DNA from: Parcubacteria group bacterium
Lineage (GTDB): Bacteria > Patescibacteriota > Minisyncoccia > Phycocordibacterales > Zambryskibacteraceae
Direction of reading: 5' to 3'
DNA: 33,791 nt
NCBI GenBank assembly: GCA_028286805.1
Contig: JAQBQW010000028.1
Span: forward strand, 1-33,791
Shown here piece by piece: positions 26,254-33,791 of this stretch (positions within the stretch are counted from its first letter, which is position 1; every line of letters starts with the position of its first letter). Under the pieces are notes generated by a model. That model searched no databases, was not told the DNA's origin, and was given only the letters and a program-made list of their open reading frames with translations. A program made the translations under genes and the position numbers.

Positions 26254-26811
26254 TTATTCGAAGTTTACCGCAGGAGCTGTAGCTGCAGCTGCATCTGATT
26301 TGAAGTATGAACGGGTGTGGAATCCAAACATGCCTGCAATGAGATTGGCTGGGAAACGAGCGATGGTGGCATTGTAGTCTCCAATAATTTCATTGAATCT
26401 GTTTCGTTCAACGCTGATGCGATTCTCTGAACCCTCGAGAGAGGTGCTGAAATCACGAACAACAGCAGAGGAGGCTAAGGTTGGATAATTTTCTGTAATG
26501 ACGAGGAGTCTTCCGAGAGAAGATTCAAGGTTCGAAGCAGCGGCTGCTTTAGCGTCTGGAGTGGCTGCACCTGCATATTGGGTACGAGCTTGAGCGATTT
26601 CGCTGTAGATTTTATTTTCCTGGCTGTAGAATCCCTTAACGGTATTAACGAGGTTTGGGATCAAATCAAAGCGTCTCTGGTATACGGTTTCAACCTGTGC
26701 CCATTGAACATCTGCTGCTGTGGATTTGGTCACAACAGTGTTGTATGAAGAGTAAACCCAGATTCCCAAGAGAACGATGATACCGAGTGCAATAAGTAAT
26801 CCTTTTTTCAT
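26254..26811 (-). CDS. lemA: LemA family protein
   Basis: N-terminal TM, YQRRFDLIPNLV, ENYP.L, ENRISVER..FN and FPANLIA. Confidence 0.95.
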   Translation of the reverse strand: MKKGLLIALGIIVLLGIWVYSSYNTVVTKSTAADVQWAQVETVYQRRFDLIPNLVNTVKGFYSQENKIYSEIAQARTQYAGAATPDAKAAAASNLESSLGRLLVITENYPTLASSAVVRDFSTSLEGSENRISVERNRFNEIIGDYNATIARFPANLIAGMFGFHTRSYFKSDAAAATAPAVNFE

Positions 26812-26846
26812 ATGTGTATTTAGTTAATGAAATAATAGTATCACAA

Positions 26847-26875
26847 TTGACACGTTTCAATAAGAGGAGTAGTTT
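26847..26875 (+). promoter_or_regulatory. Sigma70 promoter TTGACA-N17-TAGTTT for orphan 26906
   Basis: Perfect -35 with 17-bp spacer; embedded in palindrome ATTGAcACGTtTCAAT (26846-26861). Confidence 0.65.
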
Positions 26876-26905
26876 CAATCTTAGACCCTATTCTGGAGCT
26901 GCCGA

Positions 26906-27235
26906 ATGAAAGTTGGAGACAGCGTTCAAGTAGCTCTTATTCCGAATCCACGTGTCCCCAAACAGTGGATGCGGGAAAAAAGCGAAAATGGCCACCTCAT
27001 CTACAGGGTGGTCGTTGGAAACAGATCCAGATACAAACCAACTCAGTCTGGAGAGGTGTGGAGGGGAAAGATTACTCAAGTGTTTCATCCAACCGCCGAA
27101 AGAACGTACACCCTCGTCTTCATCAGGCTGATCGAAAAAATTCGAGATCCCGTTCCGCCTCCGGTCGTTACGATCCATACACCTGAACACCGTCGTCGTG
27201 CCGAGGCATCCGGATTTCGAAACAGTCGCAGCTAA
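26906..27235 (+). CDS. Hypothetical protein (109 aa orphan, basic, beta-rich)
   Basis: Has its own promoter, GGAG 7 nt upstream and a terminator right after the stop. Confidence 0.72.
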   Translation: MKVGDSVQVALIPNPRVPKQWMREKSENGHLIYRVVVGNRSRYKPTQSGEVWRGKITQVFHPTAERTYTLVFIRLIEKIRDPVPPPVVTIHTPEHRRRAEASGFRNSRS

Positions 27236-27239
27236 TCAT

Positions 27240-27273
27240 TCCGTTCCGGAACTTCTCGGAGCGGATTTTTCTT

Positions 27274-27275
<2 letters not shown>
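27240..27275 (+). terminator. Intrinsic terminator between the orphan and convergent groEL
   Basis: TCCGTTCCG-N8-CGGAGCGGA followed by TTTTTCTTTT. Confidence 0.8.
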
Positions 27276-29270
<1,995 letters not shown>

Positions 29271-29291
29271 AGTGATTGGTTAAGTGGCCGG

Positions 29292-29319
29292 ATTATAGCA
29301 GGAAAATGGGTTGATTCAA
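29292..29319 (-). promoter_or_regulatory. Sigma70 promoter for groESL (TTGAAT-N16-TATAAT, extended TG)
   Basis: Minus strand ttgaatcaacccattttccTGcTATAAT. Confidence 0.65.
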
Positions 29320-29335
29320 ACGAGGGTTTTTATTA

Positions 29336-29364
29336 TTGACTTTTATATATAATCATGCTATTAT
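29336..29364 (+). promoter_or_regulatory. Sigma70 promoter TTGACT-N17-TATTAT with extended TG
   Basis: Near-consensus boxes with 17-bp spacing. Confidence 0.75.
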
Positions 29365-29469
29365 TTAATCAGTTAATTCCCTGTCCGTACAGGATAGGTG
29401 GTCTCAAGAAATCGAGACATCGGCTGTTCCGTGCCAAACGGAAAAGATCATTCAAACAAGGAGGATACA

Positions 29470-29808
29470 GTGCCCACGCCCGAACAACACAACGTCATTG
29501 CAGGACCAACGAAAGAGCAGTTGAAGTCGGCTCTCTTCGAAGGAATCAACGGCGAATTGGGCCCCGGTGGACAAAACAGCGTCAAATTCACTCTCGGCGG
29601 GAAACGGGAAATCGTATTGCCCGTGAGGATCGAAAGCGTCTCACGCGAAGATGGTTCAGCCGAGAGTTGGCTCTACGAAGGATACGTTCCGTCCAACGAG
29701 TCAACTGCGCGATTCGGAGAACGCCAGCTACAAGCCGGCCGAGTCCAAGGGTACTACAGCACCAAGACCGGGACGGGTGACATGACCCTCACCTTTTCCT
29801 CCTTCTAA
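29470..29808 (+). CDS. Hypothetical protein (112 aa orphan with REDGS..SW motif)
   Basis: AAGGAGG 5 nt before in-frame GTG at 29470; followed by a strong hairpin. Confidence 0.8.
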   Translation: MPTPEQHNVIAGPTKEQLKSALFEGINGELGPGGQNSVKFTLGGKREIVLPVRIESVSREDGSAESWLYEGYVPSNESTARFGERQLQAGRVQGYYSTKTGTGDMTLTFSSF

Positions 29809-29814
29809 CAATCC

Positions 29815-29850
29815 AGGGCGACACGCAGCAATGCAGCGTGTCGCCCTTTC
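29815..29850 (+). terminator. 12-bp perfect GC-rich hairpin, probable terminator or 3' stabiliser
   Basis: AGGGCGACACGC-N9-GCGTGTCGCCCT followed by only TTC. Confidence 0.65.
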
Positions 29851-29897
29851 ACATTGCTCAAAACATGTATTTTGATATACTATCCAAGTTACCTTTT

Positions 29898-30125
29898 ATG
29901 GCCCACATACTTCCATACATTCAGGTTGTTTTGGCACTCCTTCTTATAGGAAGCGTGCTTATGCAGCGTTCTGAAGCAGGGCTCGGCAGCGCTTTCGGCG
30001 GAGACGGCATGTCTTCCCAGCGCTATACGCGCCGCGGATTCGAAAAGACTCTCTTCACAGGCACCATTGTTATTGCAGTACTTTTTGCTGTAGCAACATT
30101 CGCCAGTCTCTTCTTGGGTCGTTAA
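29898..30125 (+). CDS. secG: Preprotein translocase subunit SecG
   Basis: Two TM helices, VLMQ...AGLGSAFGG and TRRGFEK.LF..T; start MAHILP. Confidence 0.9.
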   Translation: MAHILPYIQVVLALLLIGSVLMQRSEAGLGSAFGGDGMSSQRYTRRGFEKTLFTGTIVIAVLFAVATFASLFLGR

Positions 30126-30128
30126 TAC

Positions 30129-31883
30129 ATGACTTACTCATCTCTCCGAGCGCTTTTCGTGAAGCGTTTCGACATTCCTAAAGAGCCGTATCTACGGAAA
30201 GCCATCCGTTCCTTCACTATTGCTGAAAAAGCGGTATTTTATTTTTTCATAGCCGTTTTCGTTATTTCTGGCATCGCTCTTATCTGGAGGGTAAGCAATG
30301 CATTTCTTGTAGATGTGCCGATTCGGGGAGGAAGTTTAGTGGAAGGCGTGGTGGGAAACCCGCGATTCATTAATCCCGTTCTCGCCATTACCGATGCGGA
30401 CAAAAATCTTACAAATCTCGTCTATTCAGGATTGGTAAAACTAACATCCGATTTAAAAACTGAAAATGATTTAGCTGACAGCATTGCAGTCTCTGACGAC
30501 GGACTGATCTATACCGTCCACATTCGCACCAATGCCGTCTTTCATGACAACACTCCGGTCACAGCAGACGATGTGGTCTTCACCATTCAAAAAATTCAGA
30601 ATGTGGCATTAAAGAGCCCTCTCTTTAATGATTGGAGCGGGGTAACGATAAAAAAAGTGGATGATTCAACCATTTCTTTAACCCTGAAAAAACCCTACGC
30701 CCCTTTTATCAACAACCTCACCGTTGGTATTTTGCCAAAAGCCATATGGAAAAACGTTTCGGATGATGAATTTTCTTTCAGCCAATTCAATACCCTTCCA
30801 ATCGGTTCCGGTCCGTATCAGGTGGCAACGGTTGAAAGAGATTCCGGCGGTATTCCGAATTATTACGACTTGACCCCATTCGACAGGCATCTCGGAGGCG
30901 CTCCGTACATCGAAGATTTCATATTCAGATTTTATTCGAGCCAGAACGACCTTCTGAACGCATACGACAACGGCGAGGTGGAGAGCATGGCGGGCATTTC
31001 TCCCGAACAAGCGGTCGCTCTGCAGAAAAACGGAGACCGCGTGGTAACCGCGCCTCTCTCCAGAGTGTTCGGTGTATTTTTTAATCAAAACAAAAACAAA
31101 GCGCTCTTGAATGGCGCGGTGCGCGAAGCATTGGATCTTTCGGCTCCCAAAGACCAGATAGTCAATACCATTTTTAAAGGATACGCTTCAGCTATTGATG
31201 GCCCGCTTCCTCCAGGAGTCTTCCCTTGGTCTGGAAACCGTTCCACCACCACTCCACAGGAAATCAAAACACAGAGAGCGGTAGACCTTTTAAAGAAAGA
31301 CGGCTGGATAAAAAACTCCGCAGGATACTTGGAAAAAAAGACCAAGGATGCTACAATTCCTTTATCGTTTTCGATCTCTACTGGTGATGCTCCGGAACTC
31401 AAAGCCGTCGCGGATATGCTTGCAACTGCTTGGGGTGCTATCGGAGTAAAGGTGGATGTACTCGTATTTGAACCGGGAGATTTGAATCAAAACGTAATTA
31501 GACCGAGAACATTTGAAGCATTGTTGTTTGGAGAAGTGGTTGGGCAGGATCTGGATGTCTATCCGTTCTGGCATTCTTCCGAAAGGAACGATCCGGGATT
31601 GAATATCGCGCTGTATGTGAACTCGCGGGTAGATAAACTTCTTGAAAATGCGCGCATTACCCAAGACGCAGCAGAGAGAGAAGAAGACTACAGAGAGTTT
31701 GATCAGGAAATACGTGCGGACCATCCTGCAGTATTCTTGTACGCTCCGAGCTTCCTCTATGCCCTGCCTTCAAAAGTTCAGAACGCAAGTTTCGGCAGCC
31801 TCTCTACACCGCAAGAACGATTTGAAAGCATTGCCAAGTGGTATATCGAAACAAACAAAGTGTGGACAATCTTCGTGAAATAA
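30129..31883 (+). CDS. Family 5 (OppA/DppA-like) solute-binding protein, TM-anchored
   Basis: INP, LVYSGL, DLA, FHD.TPVTADDVVFT, PIGSGPY and VREAL; N-terminal TM with no lipobox Cys. Confidence 0.9.
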   Translation: MTYSSLRALFVKRFDIPKEPYLRKAIRSFTIAEKAVFYFFIAVFVISGIALIWRVSNAFLVDVPIRGGSLVEGVVGNPRFINPVLAITDADKNLTNLVYSGLVKLTSDLKTENDLADSIAVSDDGLIYTVHIRTNAVFHDNTPVTADDVVFTIQKIQNVALKSPLFNDWSGVTIKKVDDSTISLTLKKPYAPFINNLTVGILPKAIWKNVSDDEFSFSQFNTLPIGSGPYQVATVERDSGGIPNYYDLTPFDRHLGGAPYIEDFIFRFYSSQNDLLNAYDNGEVESMAGISPEQAVALQKNGDRVVTAPLSRVFGVFFNQNKNKALLNGAVREALDLSAPKDQIVNTIFKGYASAIDGPLPPGVFPWSGNRSTTTPQEIKTQRAVDLLKKDGWIKNSAGYLEKKTKDATIPLSFSISTGDAPELKAVADMLATAWGAIGVKVDVLVFEPGDLNQNVIRPRTFEALLFGEVVGQDLDVYPFWHSSERNDPGLNIALYVNSRVDKLLENARITQDAAEREEDYREFDQEIRADHPAVFLYAPSFLYALPSKVQNASFGSLSTPQERFESIAKWYIETNKVWTIFVK

Positions 31884-31907
31884 AATTATTACTATTACTC
31901 ACTCCCC

Positions 31908-33779
31908 ATGGATACAGCACCGATTCCCCAAGCCCCAGCGCCGCAGCCACAACCGCACGCACCAAGACGACCTTCCCGCAACTTTAACGACAGAGGCCCC
32001 CGTTCTCCGTTGATGACCAAATCGATCCGCGAGAAAGGCCGCAGACGAGACAACGACAGACCCATCGCTCAGAAAAAACCTCACGATATCATTCCCCCTC
32101 TGGGAGAAGGAAACATTCGCATTATCCCTTTAGGAGGAGTTGAGGAAGTCGGACGAAACATGACCGCCATCGAATACGCGGGAGATATCATTGTGGTCGA
32201 TGCCGGTATTTTGTTTACCGACTCGGACACTCCAGGAGTTGACTACATTCTCGCAAACACCAAATACCTCGAAGAGCGAAAGCACATGATCCGCGCTTTG
32301 GTTATTACCCACGGACACTTGGACCACATTGGAGGTATTCCTTATATCATTACAAAGATCGGCAACCCTCCCGTATATACGAGAGAGTTCGGTTCATACA
32401 TGATCCGCAAGCGCCAAGAAGAATTCCCACATCTTCCTCCCCTCGATATTAAAATTGTGGACGCTACGGACAAATCTGCCACTCCCCTTACTCCATTCCT
32501 TAAACTTCGCTTCTTCGGATTGACCCACTCGATTCCGGATTCCACTGGGGTTATCATCGAAACTCCTTTTGGAGATATCGTGAACACCGGAGACGTTCGT
32601 GTTGAAAACGAAAGCGGGGTAGTTGTTGATAGAGAAATCGAACAGTACAAAATGTTCAAGGACCGAAATACTCTTTTATTAACTATGGATTCCACCGGTA
32701 TCGAAAAGCCTGGATTCTCTCCTTCCGAAGCGCACATCCTAAAGAACATCGACAAACTCATTGCCGAAGCACCGGGACGCGTTATTATCGCTACCTTCGC
32801 TTCGCAGGTTGAACGCGTAGTTGAATTCATGAACATTGCAAGACGATACGGACGAAAAGTGTTGATTGAAGGACGCAGCATGAAAAACAACGTCGATATC
32901 ATCAAGCAATTGGATCTCGTGAACGTGGATCACATTGTTCCTGTAGACGACGCAGAGAAATATCCTCCAAACAAACTTCTGATGATCGCCACCGGCGGAC
33001 AGGGGGAAGAATTCTCCGCTCTCATGCGCATGTCCAACAACACACACAAGTTCATTAAATTGAATCGAACGGATATGGTTATCCTTTCTTCCTCGATCAT
33101 TCCAGGAAACGAAGGCGCCATTGCAAAATTGAAAGACAACCTCTTTAGACACGATTCGAAGATCATTACTTACCTCGATACGGACGTACATACTTCCGGA
33201 CACGGCAAGCGCGGGGAACTCGAATGGATCCACAGACAGATTCCGTATAAATTCTTTATGCCCGTACACGGACACCATTACATGTTGAAGCAGCATGCAG
33301 AACTTGCCCGTTCTCTTGGATGCCCAGCAGAAAACGTGGTTGTTCCAGACAACGGTTCGATCATTGAAATCAGGGATCAGGGACAAACTCTTGTTCGCTT
33401 GAAAGAGAAAGCTCCGTCGGAAGACGTTGTGGTTGAAGGATTCAGCGTTGGAGACATGTCTGAGGTTCTTATCAGAGACCGAAAGATGCTCGCCGGAGAA
33501 GGAATGTTTATCATCGTCGCCATGGTGGATAACAGAACAGGACGATTGAAGAAATCTCCGGATATTATCTCCCGCGGATTCGTCTACCTCAGAGAAAACC
33601 AGGATCTGTTGAACGAAGCCAGACACTTGATTAAGAAATCGATTGAATCCACAACTGTTGGAATGAATCCGATTAATTACGATTACGCTAAGAATGCAGT
33701 GAACGAAGATATCTCGCGATTCTTATTCCAAAAGACAGCGAAGAAACCGATTGTGATTCCGGTGATACTTTCTGTTTAA
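31908..33779 (+). CDS. rnj: Ribonuclease J
   Basis: PLGG.EEVGRNM, THGHLDHIG, HSIPD, TGD, HTSGH and PVHG. Confidence 0.96.
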   Translation: MDTAPIPQAPAPQPQPHAPRRPSRNFNDRGPRSPLMTKSIREKGRRRDNDRPIAQKKPHDIIPPLGEGNIRIIPLGGVEEVGRNMTAIEYAGDIIVVDAGILFTDSDTPGVDYILANTKYLEERKHMIRALVITHGHLDHIGGIPYIITKIGNPPVYTREFGSYMIRKRQEEFPHLPPLDIKIVDATDKSATPLTPFLKLRFFGLTHSIPDSTGVIIETPFGDIVNTGDVRVENESGVVVDREIEQYKMFKDRNTLLLTMDSTGIEKPGFSPSEAHILKNIDKLIAEAPGRVIIATFASQVERVVEFMNIARRYGRKVLIEGRSMKNNVDIIKQLDLVNVDHIVPVDDAEKYPPNKLLMIATGGQGEEFSALMRMSNNTHKFIKLNRTDMVILSSSIIPGNEGAIAKLKDNLFRHDSKIITYLDTDVHTSGHGKRGELEWIHRQIPYKFFMPVHGHHYMLKQHAELARSLGCPAENVVVPDNGSIIEIRDQGQTLVRLKEKAPSEDVVVEGFSVGDMSEVLIRDRKMLAGEGMFIIVAMVDNRTGRLKKSPDIISRGFVYLRENQDLLNEARHLIKKSIESTTVGMNPINYDYAKNAVNEDISRFLFQKTAKKPIVIPVILSV

Positions 33780-33791
33780 TCTAAAAAATTA

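Noticed and set aside
29355-29780. 141-aa Arg-rich ORF and the 29398 start
   Set aside because: The first begins inside the promoter; the strong SD supports GTG 29470 in the other frame.
29815-29847. Hairpin as REP or attC site
   Set aside because: Single copy in the window, no attC core sites and no integrase or transposase.
32342-33626. Long antisense ORFs (187 and 295 aa); likewise 4145-4852 and 8419-9021
   Set aside because: They lie opposite well-conserved genes and have no recognisable motifs.

Overview
Chromosomal segment with a gene repertoire typical of a Patescibacteria (CPR, Parcubacteria-like) bacterium; the lineage is inferred, and TGA is read as stop. Left half: a central-carbon cluster (FAD-linked oxidoreductase, class II fba, pfkB-family kinase, split transketolase, rpe, rpiB, gap) next to a ribonucleotide reductase whose beta subunit has the class Ic (Mn/Fe, no tyrosyl radical) signature. 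Three large secreted Ser/Thr-rich proteins are interleaved; one runs off the left edge (1586 to <1) and is missing from the ORF track. Two of them share a collinear FN3 / Cys-repeat / Ig stalk but carry unrelated N-terminal heads. Right half: RRM protein, msrB, NUDIX, SemiSWEET-like transporter, frameshifted DedA, 2H phosphoesterase, tRNA-Ser(GGA), TPM, lemA, groEL/ES, secG, a family-5 SBP and rnj. Two expression styles coexist: many host genes look leaderless (-10 box 6-8 nt before ATG, no SD), while three dispersed small orphan genes each have a -35/-10 promoter, an SD and a 3' hairpin. No CRISPR, rRNA, transposase or phage genes were seen.
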